Shown in pieces: positions 10,160 through 17,563 of a DNA stretch of 32,000 nt. Under the pieces are notes generated by a model. That model made no database searches. It saw nothing but the letters and a program-made list of their open reading frames with translations, and was not told the DNA's origin. Both the position numbers and the translations under genes were made by a program. The stretch's first letter is position 1. Each line of letters starts with the position of its first letter. The stretch comes from Desulfobulbus propionicus DSM 2032 (lineage in GTDB: Bacteria > Desulfobacterota > Desulfobulbia > Desulfobulbales > Desulfobulbaceae): the NCBI RefSeq assembly GCF_000186885.1, contig NC_014972.1, forward strand, positions 2,250,001 through 2,282,000, written 5' to 3'.

Positions 10160-10270
10160 CGGACTGCCTCTGACCATTTCTCGCTCCCGCTCGAAAGACC
10201 ATCGGCGGTTATTTGTTCGTGCGCGATGGGGCGAGAGGCACGCGGGGTCTTTCCATATCGCAACACACCG

Positions 10271-10318
10271 AAAAGATAAAAAAATTCCGGCCCTCACAGT
10301 CGCGCTGTTCAGGGCCGG
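10271..10318 (-). terminator. Rho-independent terminator of nrfHA
   Basis: Minus strand: ccggccct-gaacagcgcgactgtg-agggccgg (8-bp GC stem, extended by acag/ctgt) followed by aattttttta. It lies about 35 nt after the nrfA stop. Confidence 0.8.
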
Positions 10319-10350
10319 AAAAGGAAGTTGGGTCGTGGAGCGATTGCGCT

Positions 10351-11847
10351 TTAATAGGAGGTCTTCAGCACCATATCCTTGCGCGATGCGGGATCGTAAA
10401 GCCCCTTGGCCTCGCTTTCCTTGAACCACTCCTGCTTGAGCGTATTGAGGAAGGTTTTCTTCTCCTCGATCAGCTTGGGCATGTCGAGGCCGATGAGCGT
10501 CTGCGCCTTTTCCTTGGTGGAGAAGTCGGGGGCGACATAATCGGCGGCATTATGTTTGGCCAGGACGATGCGCAGTTTCAGGCGGGCATCCTGTCCTTTG
10601 CTGATGGCGTTGGCCAGAGTCCGCAGGGTCTCTTCCGGTGCGTGGAAGAATGCGCCGTGCCCGGCGACGGCATAATCCCAACGCCACTGGCCGGCGCGAA
10701 TGTCCTGGAGGGCAGGCTTCATTTCTTCCTCCGTGGCGCCCAGTTCCCAGGCCTTGGCTGCCTCGAGATGCGCCCTGGCAAGAATATCCGTTGCCTGCCG
10801 GGCCAGCTCGTTCTTGCGTGCCAGCTTCAGTTCGACAGTCTCCTTGAACTCCTTCTCCGTGCCCTTATGGCAGTTGAGGCAGGTGTTGCCGATGTTGTCC
10901 AGCGGACTGCCGACCTTGTGGCTGGAATACTTCACCCCGCCTTCACGCATATAGGGCATGTGACAGTCGGCGCAGGCCAGACCGTTGCGGGCATGCACGC
11001 CGGTGACAAAGGTTTCGTAGTCGGGATGTTGAGCCTTGAGCATCGGCGCCTTGCTCAACTGATGGGTCCAGTCGGTGAATCCGTAGCCATCATAATACTG
11101 CTCGATCTGCTCGGGCGAGAATCCCTTGGCCCACGGGTAGGTGACCACGGCGGCGGTCTTCTTTTCGCCCTTATCCTCCCACTCGGTCTTCTTGAAGTAG
11201 TATTCGGCGTGGCATTGGGCGCAGACCAAAGAACGCATGTCCTGATGGGTAATGTCCGCCACCTTCAGGCTGCCCTCGGCATCGAGACCACGCTTGAGAT
11301 GCTCACGGGTCAGGGTCAGCTTCATGGTCTTGCTGTCATGGCAGTCGCCGCAACCAATGGGGTTAACCACCTCGTCGCCGTACTTGGCCCATTTGCCGGT
11401 GAAAAATTCCATCTCGCCGTCACGCTTGATCAGGCGGGGGACATCGGGGGATTTACAAGTCCAGCAGGCGGTTGGCTGGGGTCCGGTCTTTTTGTCCACC
11501 GGCGCGCCGGTACGCAGGGTGTTGATGTTATCTTCCAGGGCGTAATAGTGACCGCGCGGCTTGTTGTAGTCCTTGGAAAAGGCATACCCTGCCCAGAGAA
11601 CAACGATGGCCGGGTCATCCTTGAGCACGTCGCCGATCTCATCGCTCTTCCTGGTCTGCATATAGGTGTCGTACTGTCGGGGGTAATGCTTACCCCACTC
11701 AGAGGCGCGGGTCTCGTTCTCCTTGATGGCCGGAACCGCGCCTATGGCCTGCTGTTCCGCCTTATTCTCCCTGATGGACATGGTCAACAGCACCATCGGC
11801 ACGGTGACGAGGACGCAGAGCGTGAAGATAATGGGTGATTTTTTCAT
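10351..11847 (-). CDS. nrfA: Pentaheme cytochrome c nitrite reductase (ammonia-forming) NrfA
   Basis: Diagnostic CXXCK motif (CWTCK) plus four CXXCH (CGDCH, CAQCH, CADCH, CLNCH) and an N-terminal signal anchor. AGGAGA sits 6 nt before the ATG at 11847, which is preferred over 11853. Confidence 0.95.
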   Translation of the reverse strand: MKKSPIIFTLCVLVTVPMVLLTMSIRENKAEQQAIGAVPAIKENETRASEWGKHYPRQYDTYMQTRKSDEIGDVLKDDPAIVVLWAGYAFSKDYNKPRGHYYALEDNINTLRTGAPVDKKTGPQPTACWTCKSPDVPRLIKRDGEMEFFTGKWAKYGDEVVNPIGCGDCHDSKTMKLTLTREHLKRGLDAEGSLKVADITHQDMRSLVCAQCHAEYYFKKTEWEDKGEKKTAAVVTYPWAKGFSPEQIEQYYDGYGFTDWTHQLSKAPMLKAQHPDYETFVTGVHARNGLACADCHMPYMREGGVKYSSHKVGSPLDNIGNTCLNCHKGTEKEFKETVELKLARKNELARQATDILARAHLEAAKAWELGATEEEMKPALQDIRAGQWRWDYAVAGHGAFFHAPEETLRTLANAISKGQDARLKLRIVLAKHNAADYVAPDFSTKEKAQTLIGLDMPKLIEEKKTFLNTLKQEWFKESEAKGLYDPASRKDMVLKTSY

Positions 11848-11870
11848 GAACATTCTCCTGGTTGAAATCC

Positions 11871-12383
11871 TTAAAATACCTTGACCGAAAAAGTATTCTG
11901 TGTTGCCGTCAGATTACGCATGGTCCCATGGGGCAGGCCCCGATGACACTCCCAGCACCGCCGCCCCATCTGGACGGTACGGTCTTCGACCTTTTCATAG
12001 AGGGCGCTGTTGGCCAGCATCTGGGAAACAAGCTCCTTGTGACAGGAAATGCAGTTGTCCTGAATCCTCTTGGCGGCATCATCACTGATGCGGAGGTTGT
12101 AGCCGTAGGTCTTGAAGGTCATGGCCACGGAATGACGATAGCCGTCACGCGCCTTGGCCAGCACCTTGTTGACAAAGGTATCGCGCGGCAGGTGGCAGTC
12201 AACACAGGTTGCTCTCGCCCGATGGGAACTGTGCTGCCAGGTTTCGTAATGGGTATTCATGGGATGACAGTTGATGCAGACCTTGGGATCGCTGGATAGA
12301 TAGGAAAGCGCCTTGGATTCATGCACCAGGTTGGCGAACACGCCGATAACCACAAGAACGGCAAGTATGGCGAGATATTTCAT
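11871..12383 (-). CDS. nrfH: Membrane-anchored tetraheme cytochrome c NrfH (NapC/NirT family)
   Basis: From the ATG at 12383: TM anchor MKYLAILAVLVVIGVFANLV plus four CXXCH (CINCH, CVDCH, CISCH, CWECH). It ends 23 nt upstream of nrfA. The 241-aa extension to 12596 crosses the promoter region and is rejected. Confidence 0.9.
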   Translation of the reverse strand: MKYLAILAVLVVIGVFANLVHESKALSYLSSDPKVCINCHPMNTHYETWQHSSHRARATCVDCHLPRDTFVNKVLAKARDGYRHSVAMTFKTYGYNLRISDDAAKRIQDNCISCHKELVSQMLANSALYEKVEDRTVQMGRRCWECHRGLPHGTMRNLTATQNTFSVKVF

Positions 12384-12518
12384 AGATTGACCTGTTTCCC
12401 TGCGCAGCTGTTCAGGCTGCTGTGTTTTCGATGAAGGGAGGGTGACTGCTCCCGCATTCTCCACACGTCGCGCGCCACCTCGACCAACCATGAAGGAGGA
12501 GGTAACTCCTTGAATTGA

Positions 12519-12535
12519 AAGCAAACCACATACCA
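12519..12535 (-). promoter_or_regulatory. Candidate sigma-54 (-24/-12) promoter of nrfHA
   Basis: Minus strand reads TGGTATGTGGTTTGCTT. GG and GC are spaced exactly as in the TGGCAC-N5-TTGCW consensus, TTGC is intact, and there are two mismatches in the -24 box. It lies about 135 nt upstream of the nrfH ATG. Confidence 0.5.
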
Positions 12536-12588
12536 CCTCCAAGAACAAGGCAACTTCAGCGCCATGGAAACCGGCCTCTTTCTCAAAC

Positions 12589-12638
12589 GCTACCATTTGG
12601 TAGCAAACATGCCAACCAAACCGCTACCAAACGGTAGC
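12589..12638 (-). promoter_or_regulatory. Two tandem palindromic sites (GCTACC-N4-GGTAGC), candidate enhancer-binding-protein UAS
   Basis: GCTACCatttGGTAGC (12589-12604) and GCTACCaaacGGTAGC (12623-12638), with centres 34 bp apart. They lie about 60-100 bp upstream of the candidate -24 element. Both are flanked by aaMc...aaaY. Confidence 0.55.
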
Positions 12639-12795
12639 AAATCCTGTTCATCGATCCCCCTTTGCTAGGTGTTCAGACAATGGCTCCTCCAGGCCGGTTC
12701 CCCTTTTTTCTTTGCCGCTGCCCCGACAATAATGCTATGGTGGCACCATTCGCCGTCACAAACGACCAACACGCTCCTTCACCGCAACCGAAGCC

Positions 12796-13134
12796 ATGCC
12801 GCATCTTTTCTCTTCCCATCGCCTGCGGCGCGAGGCCCGCACCGTTGAGGCCATGATCCGCCGCTACTGCCGCGATCACCATGGCGCCACCACCGAACCG
12901 TGCCCAGACTGCCGCGATCTCCTGGCCTATGCCCAACAACGACTGCATCACTGTCCGTTTCAGCACCGCAAGACCACCTGCGCCAACTGTCCGGTCCATT
13001 GCTACAAACCCGCGCAACGTGAACGCATCCGCACGGTGATGCGACATAGCGGTCCACGGATGCTGTTGTCCCACCCTGTGCTGGCCCTCCTCCATCTGCT
13101 CGACGGCCTCCGGCGGCCGAGGCGCAAGCCATAA
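12796..13134 (+). CDS. YgbA-like 'nitrous oxide-stimulated promoter' family Cys-rich protein
   Basis: 112 aa: ...VEAMIRRYCRDHHG...PCPDCRDLLAYAQQRLHHCPF...KTTCANCPVHCYKP..RERIRTVMRHSGPRMLLSHP... This matches my recollection of the YgbA_NO family pattern. It is divergent from nrfHA. Confidence 0.7.
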   Translation: MPHLFSSHRLRREARTVEAMIRRYCRDHHGATTEPCPDCRDLLAYAQQRLHHCPFQHRKTTCANCPVHCYKPAQRERIRTVMRHSGPRMLLSHPVLALLHLLDGLRRPRRKP

Positions 13135-13145
13135 TTCACCCCTCC

Positions 13146-13174
13146 TTGACACCACCAGCCAAATCCCGTAGAGT
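13146..13174 (+). promoter_or_regulatory. Candidate sigma-70 promoter for tatBC (alternatively part of a weak ygbA-like terminator hairpin)
   Basis: TTGACA (13146-13151), 17 bp, TAGAGT (13169-13174). The same region can fold as agccaa-N11-ttggct followed by ttttt, so the interpretation is ambiguous. Confidence 0.3.
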
Positions 13175-13231
13175 TGGCTTTTTGCTGGGGCCAGTCCGCC
13201 CCTTTCCCCACCCTCTTCCCGGTACTTGCCC

Positions 13232-13648
13232 ATGTTTGGAATCGGCCTCCCGGAAATGATCGTCATCTTCGCCGTTGCCCTGATCGTGGTCGGCCCGGAC
13301 AAGCTGCCCGGCCTGGCTCGTTCGCTTGCCAAGGGCTTGATGGAGATGAAAAAAACCCTCAATCAGGTCAAGGAGAATCTAACCCAGGAAGGCGAGGCCC
13401 TGGACTCGGTGCAGCAGGATCTGCGCAAGACAGCCGACGAACTCCGGGAAAAGATGATCGACGCCGATCCCTCCCATTGGCAACCTGCTTCAGGACCGGC
13501 GGACAAGAATGACACGGAAGCAATCATCGACGTGGAAGCCGAGCCGGTTGCCCCAGTGGCCGAATCGACCGTCGGGAGCCCGGAGCGGGCCGAGAACAGG
13601 CCGCAGTCTGCGCGGCCGGACGCAACCGGAGACACTGCTTGCCCATGA
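13232..13648 (+). CDS. tatB: Twin-arginine translocase TatA/TatB-family subunit (TatB-like length)
   Basis: MFGIGLPEMIVIFAVALIVVGPDKLPGLARSL... is the TatA/B signature (FG..PE...GP.KLP), followed by an amphipathic helix and an acidic tail. ATG at 13232 is preferred over the TTG at 13226. Confidence 0.85.
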   Translation: MFGIGLPEMIVIFAVALIVVGPDKLPGLARSLAKGLMEMKKTLNQVKENLTQEGEALDSVQQDLRKTADELREKMIDADPSHWQPASGPADKNDTEAIIDVEAEPVAPVAESTVGSPERAENRPQSARPDATGDTACP

Positions 13649-14400
13649 TGTTCGAGGCTCTGGAGCAGTTCCGACCGCACCAGGAAGAGCTGCGCCGCCG
13701 GTTGATCCACTGTTTTCTGGCGTTGGCGCTGACCAGCACCGTTGCCTACCTCTGCAAGGATCAGATCGCGGCCTGGTGCATGCAGCCCCTTTATCAGGCC
13801 TATCCGCAACTGGGCAAACTGGTCTACACCAAACTGACCGAGGCCTTTCTCAGCTACCTCAAACTCTCGCTGCTGGTGGGGCTGATCGCGGCTCTGCCGT
13901 TCATGCTCTACCAGTGCTGGCTGTTCATCGCCCCCGGCCTGCTTGACCATGAAAAGCGCACCGTCCGTGCCATTGTTCTCTGGGCGACCCTGCTGTTCGC
14001 CGCCGGCGGCCTGTTCGCCTTTTTCATCGTCCTGCCCCGCATGCTTCACTACTTCATGAGCTATGCGTCCCCCACCCTACAGCCGATGCTCAAACTCGGG
14101 CTCTACCTGACCTTCGCCGCCCGCATGATCCTGGCCTTCGGCATAGCCTTCGAAATCCCCTTTCTCATGGTCATGGCCATCCGTACGCGCCTGATCCAAA
14201 AAGATCATTTTCGCAAAAAACGGCTCTATTTTTACATTGCCATCGTCATTCTCGCCTTTCTGCTTACCACCGGTGAGCTGACAGCCACCATCCTGCTCTC
14301 CTTCCCCCTGTTCGGCCTCTACGAGGCGGGAATTATCGCCGGCGGCGTGTTCGGCGGCACGACAAACCGCCCATCGACCGAAGGACCTTCTGCGGCCTGA
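13645..14400 (+). CDS. tatC: Twin-arginine translocase subunit TatC
   Basis: ...HQEELRRRLIHCFLALALT... (HLxELRxRL-type start) and six predicted TM helices. The ATG at 13645 overlaps the tatB TGA (ATGA). Confidence 0.9.
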   Translation: MMFEALEQFRPHQEELRRRLIHCFLALALTSTVAYLCKDQIAAWCMQPLYQAYPQLGKLVYTKLTEAFLSYLKLSLLVGLIAALPFMLYQCWLFIAPGLLDHEKRTVRAIVLWATLLFAAGGLFAFFIVLPRMLHYFMSYASPTLQPMLKLGLYLTFAARMILAFGIAFEIPFLMVMAIRTRLIQKDHFRKKRLYFYIAIVILAFLLTTGELTATILLSFPLFGLYEAGIIAGGVFGGTTNRPSTEGPSAA

Positions 14401-14644
14401 CCGTCCGCCTGATCCCGCACAGCCAAAGCCCGCCACTGTGGACGGCCCAATCGCCCGGGCCGGATGGATCGGCGCCCTGATCATTTTTACCGCCAGTATC
14501 GCCCTGACCAGACGGAAACGCTAGCGAACGCATCGCGCAGCATTCCAGGAAATCAGACAAAGGAAAGGATACAGAAAAGCACCATCCCGTTTCGCCTCGC
14601 GGCCGGGATTTCCCGTTCCTGCTTGTTCAGGGGGAGAGACAGGG

Positions 14645-15667
14645 TCAGATGAGCGGCAGAACCTCCTGCTTGAGCAGGCAGCAGGAGATGCGATGGACCG
14701 GGGTGCCGTCCGGCTGGTAGGCGATGTTGTCCGGTTGCAGCAGCCGGTTCATCACGCAGCCCTCGGGGATGGTCAGGGGGAAGAAGCGGTCCTCGTTGAG
14801 GCCGTCGCGATGCACCAGCCGATTGTCCTCGATCTGGTAGCTATGGATGGGATGATCCTCGCACAGGGGACACTGGTAGACCCGGCCATTGGGGAAGATG
14901 AAAAAATTCTCGGCCACCATGCCGGCGCACTGAAAGGGTTCCTCGCGATCGAGATACACCTTGGGATAGACCACGTGGATGCCCAGACGGGCGGCGGCCT
15001 CGGCCACCTGCGGCACCACGGCCAGCCACCGCTGAGGCTCGACCTGCCAGTTGCTCGCCCCGTCCGGCTGCTGCACCGCCGGGTTGCCGCGCAGGCCGAT
15101 CACCTGGATGAAGAAGCGGCGCACGCCCAAATCGGCCAGCAAGGGGGGCATACGGTGCAGATGATCGATGTTGAGCGCGGACACGGTATAGATCAGGCTG
15201 GTGTTGAATCCCAAGGCCACGGCCCGACGAATATTTTCCGTGCAGACCGTGAACACTCCCTGGCCGCGGATCGGATCGTTGACCGGAGCCTCCGGCCCAT
15301 CGAGACTGAAGCTGAGGTAATCCAGTTCCTTGGGAGTGACCCGGTCGAGCAGGTCATGGAACAGGTAGCCGTTGGAATCCACGGTCACCGCATAGCGCAT
15401 TGATTTGGCGGCCTTGATGATGGCGGCCAGCTGCGGATGGAGGGTCGGTTCGCCGCCCAGAAGGATGAGAGTGGTCTGGCGCTCGGCGCGGGCGAAGAGC
15501 TTGAGCCACTGGAGCACGGTGGCAAGCGGCAGGGTGGCGGTGCCGTGCTGGGTCGGATTGATGTAGCAGTGACGGCAGGACAGATTGCAGGCGGTGAGCA
15601 GATGAAAAAAGACATTGCGCTCCCCGGGCTGAAACCCGACGGTGCGGGCAAGCGGTGCGCCGCTCAT
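14645..15667 (-). CDS. Radical SAM enzyme with SPASM/twitch-like Cys-rich C-terminal domain, function unknown
   Basis: From the ATG at 15667 (341 aa): CNLSCRHC (CX3CX2C) cluster motif, GGEPTLHP SAM-binding motif, and C-terminal CX13GX4CX2C followed by C and CC. The start overlaps the deaminase stop (ATGA at 15664-15667). The 425-aa extension to 15922 is rejected. Confidence 0.8.
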   Translation of the reverse strand: MSGAPLARTVGFQPGERNVFFHLLTACNLSCRHCYINPTQHGTATLPLATVLQWLKLFARAERQTTLILLGGEPTLHPQLAAIIKAAKSMRYAVTVDSNGYLFHDLLDRVTPKELDYLSFSLDGPEAPVNDPIRGQGVFTVCTENIRRAVALGFNTSLIYTVSALNIDHLHRMPPLLADLGVRRFFIQVIGLRGNPAVQQPDGASNWQVEPQRWLAVVPQVAEAAARLGIHVVYPKVYLDREEPFQCAGMVAENFFIFPNGRVYQCPLCEDHPIHSYQIEDNRLVHRDGLNEDRFFPLTIPEGCVMNRLLQPDNIAYQPDGTPVHRISCCLLKQEVLPLI

Positions 15668-16185
15668 GGGGTGTCCTCCTCCACGGTCTGCGCCAGGGTG
15701 TAGCGGGCCAGGAGACTGTCCTGCCAGTAGGTGCCGGTACGGAAAAATTGCTGAAAGAGACGGAGGCTCTCGGTGCGCAGCACCCGGTCGATCAGATGGA
15801 CCTGCATCTGGGCATAGAGGGTGTTGAGCATGTACAAGGGAAGATTGGCGCCGCCGCCCATGACATCCTCGTAGGCCCAGACAAAGGAACGGATCCCGGA
15901 GAGCAACAGGGTGGCGTAGCACATCAGACAGGGTTCCATGGTCGTGTACACCGTGACCGTCGCCAGATCCAGGCCCGGTTGCTCGGCGATCAACCGTCGC
16001 AGCGTGACGACCTCGGCATGGTCGATTTCGTTGCGGTACCCCTCGATGCTGTTGTGCCGGCGACCCCGGGCCACAATCCCGTTATTTGCGACCATCGCGC
16101 AACCCACTGGAAACTCGCCCTCGGCCAAGGCCAGGCGCGCCTCCTCAAGGGCAACGGCCATGAACTGTTCGTGTTCGCTCATCAT
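15664..16185 (-). CDS. CDA-fold zinc nucleoside/nucleotide deaminase (TadA/guanine-deaminase-like) with C-terminal extension
   Basis: HAE motif (EIDHAEVV) and PCxxC motif (MEPCLMC) with typical spacing, and N-terminus FMAVALEEARLALAEGEFPVGCAMV. The start is ambiguous: ATG at 16185 or 16182 (no SD, pyrimidine-rich leader), or ATG at 16230 (near-leaderless relative to the candidate promoter). Confidence 0.8.
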   Translation of the reverse strand: MMSEHEQFMAVALEEARLALAEGEFPVGCAMVANNGIVARGRRHNSIEGYRNEIDHAEVVTLRRLIAEQPGLDLATVTVYTTMEPCLMCYATLLLSGIRSFVWAYEDVMGGGANLPLYMLNTLYAQMQVHLIDRVLRTESLRLFQQFFRTGTYWQDSLLARYTLAQTVEEDTP

Positions 16186-16242
16186 TGGACAAGACAAAGA
16201 AAAAAGAGGAAAGGACCGGCAACCCGGCATCGACGGTTCGCA

Positions 16243-16271
16243 GCTATACCACGCGGCCAGGCCGCTGTCAA
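16243..16271 (-). promoter_or_regulatory. Candidate sigma-70 promoter for the deaminase-radical SAM pair
   Basis: Minus strand: TTGACA (16271-16266), 17 bp, TATAGC (16248-16243). It lies just after the stop of the upstream zinc-ribbon gene. Confidence 0.4.
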
Positions 16272-16285
16272 AGCGAGAGAGGACG

Positions 16286-17563
16286 CTAGAGCGAGCGGCC
16301 GAACCGCAGGATATTCTTCCCGATGGTGATCCCGGTATCGGGTTGAACCCAATCGTGCGACTTATCGACGCAGGGCAGATAGACCAGTTGGATCATCACC
16401 CCAGTCAGTCGCACCTGCGGCAGAAAGGGATAAATGCGTTTGGGGCTGGCGGTGGCGGCTGCCAAAACCAGCTTGACCGCCTGGCGCGCCTCGGAGGCCG
16501 CCAGGGTCACCGGGAACAGTTGGGGCAGTACCCGGCCGGCCAGCGGCTTGATCCGCCACTGGCCGAGCGTGGCCTGGCGGGCGGCCTGGAGAAAGATCTT
16601 GGGACGCAGCTTGACCGCCGGAATCCACAGGCTCATGGCCCGCTCGCGCCAACTGGGCCTGGGCAAAAACGGCTGGTTGGTGCGCTCGACGAAATCGGCG
16701 AAACTGTAGATCGAAAGCGCCGGAATATGGGCGGTCACCTTCCAGAACGGCAGGTAGAGGGGAATGGTGGAATCGCCCGGCTGCAACCACCAGTCGACCC
16801 GGGATAAACCTTCCGCACCAAACGACCAGGCAGTCTGGCAGTTGGCGCAGGTCATCACCTGGCAGTCGCCCTCTCCCTGCAATCCGGCCCCGCACTGGGG
16901 GCAGAGGGTGGCCAGGAATCGGACCCTCCAGGCCTCGTCATGCCGTCTGCCCTGGAGCGGATGCCCGGCCAGTTCCGCAAGATCGGCCAGACGGCTGTCG
17001 GTCACCCCATCGTACAGCCCATGATCTCTGGCCACCAGGGGGAGATAGATATAGCTCAGATTTTCGCCGATGTAGGCCCGGTGATGAAATCCTTCCCCGC
17101 CCGGAGTGACAAGATTGCCGACTGCGGCCGCCTTCTCCAAGATGGCGTTGGCCCCGATCGACTGCGGCAGATAGCGGTTGCCGGTCTCGGGATCGATCCG
17201 GCGCAATTCCATGGCCTGGGGCCGCAACCCCAGAGAAGGCGGCAGACCGGGGACAGGGTTGGCCGCCTGGGTGGTGTCGATCACCCGATGGTCGATCCCC
17301 TGGTCGGTAACCAGATAGATGGTGCCCTTGAAGCGCAGATAGGGCGCCAGCAACAAACCGTTCGAGGAGACGCCGCCGGCCATGGGCAACACATAGCGGG
17401 ACGGGCCGTTGGCCTGGAGATAGTTGCGGCTTCCGCAGAACGGGCAAACGAGCAGGTGATCGGTCTCGCTGAGCACCACGGCTGCACCGCATTGGGGACA
17501 CCCCTGTTCAACCCGGATATCCATCACTCTGCCCGGCATCTCGGTAACCGATGACCTGGACAC
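16286..17563 (-). CDS. Hypothetical protein with two CX2C-X14-CX2C zinc ribbons (internal duplication)
   Basis: CPQCGAAVVLSETDHLLVCPFC near the N-terminus and CPQCGAGLQGEGDCQVMTCANC mid-protein, each followed by a similar ...G.SR...L.P[YF][LW][RK]... segment. Start options are GTG 17563 (abutting the SPFH stop), ATG 17539 and ATG 17524. I recognise no family. Confidence 0.7.
   Translation of the reverse strand: MSRSSVTEMPGRVMDIRVEQGCPQCGAAVVLSETDHLLVCPFCGSRNYLQANGPSRYVLPMAGGVSSNGLLLAPYLRFKGTIYLVTDQGIDHRVIDTTQAANPVPGLPPSLGLRPQAMELRRIDPETGNRYLPQSIGANAILEKAAAVGNLVTPGGEGFHHRAYIGENLSYIYLPLVARDHGLYDGVTDSRLADLAELAGHPLQGRRHDEAWRVRFLATLCPQCGAGLQGEGDCQVMTCANCQTAWSFGAEGLSRVDWWLQPGDSTIPLYLPFWKVTAHIPALSIYSFADFVERTNQPFLPRPSWRERAMSLWIPAVKLRPKIFLQAARQATLGQWRIKPLAGRVLPQLFPVTLAASEARQAVKLVLAAATASPKRIYPFLPQVRLTGVMIQLVYLPCVDKSHDWVQPDTGITIGKNILRFGRSL

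Noticed and set aside
13225-13647. Identical 10-mer CTTGCCCATG at the starts of both tatB (13225-13234) and tatC (13638-13647)
   Set aside because: It is short and includes the start codon itself. It is most simply a coincidence or shared translation-initiation context, and does not indicate a repeat element.
14333-14560. 75-aa Gly-rich minus-strand ORF downstream of the radical SAM gene, considered as a RiPP precursor peptide
   Set aside because: It has a TTG start with no SD and overlaps the tatC 3' end in antisense. It has no leader or core-like organisation and an Arg-rich tail typical of a shadow frame. The sequence alone does not support it, although only expression data could exclude it fully.
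15668-15922. N-terminal extension of the radical SAM ORF (425-aa version); similar long versions of nrfH (to 12596), rpoZ (to 8520), the YeaQ-like gene (from 23521) and the PFK-2 gene (to 20578)
   Set aside because: The extensions overlap neighbouring genes or promoter regions, lack an SD and translate to implausible sequence. Internal ATGs with an SD or start/stop coupling give canonical N-termini.
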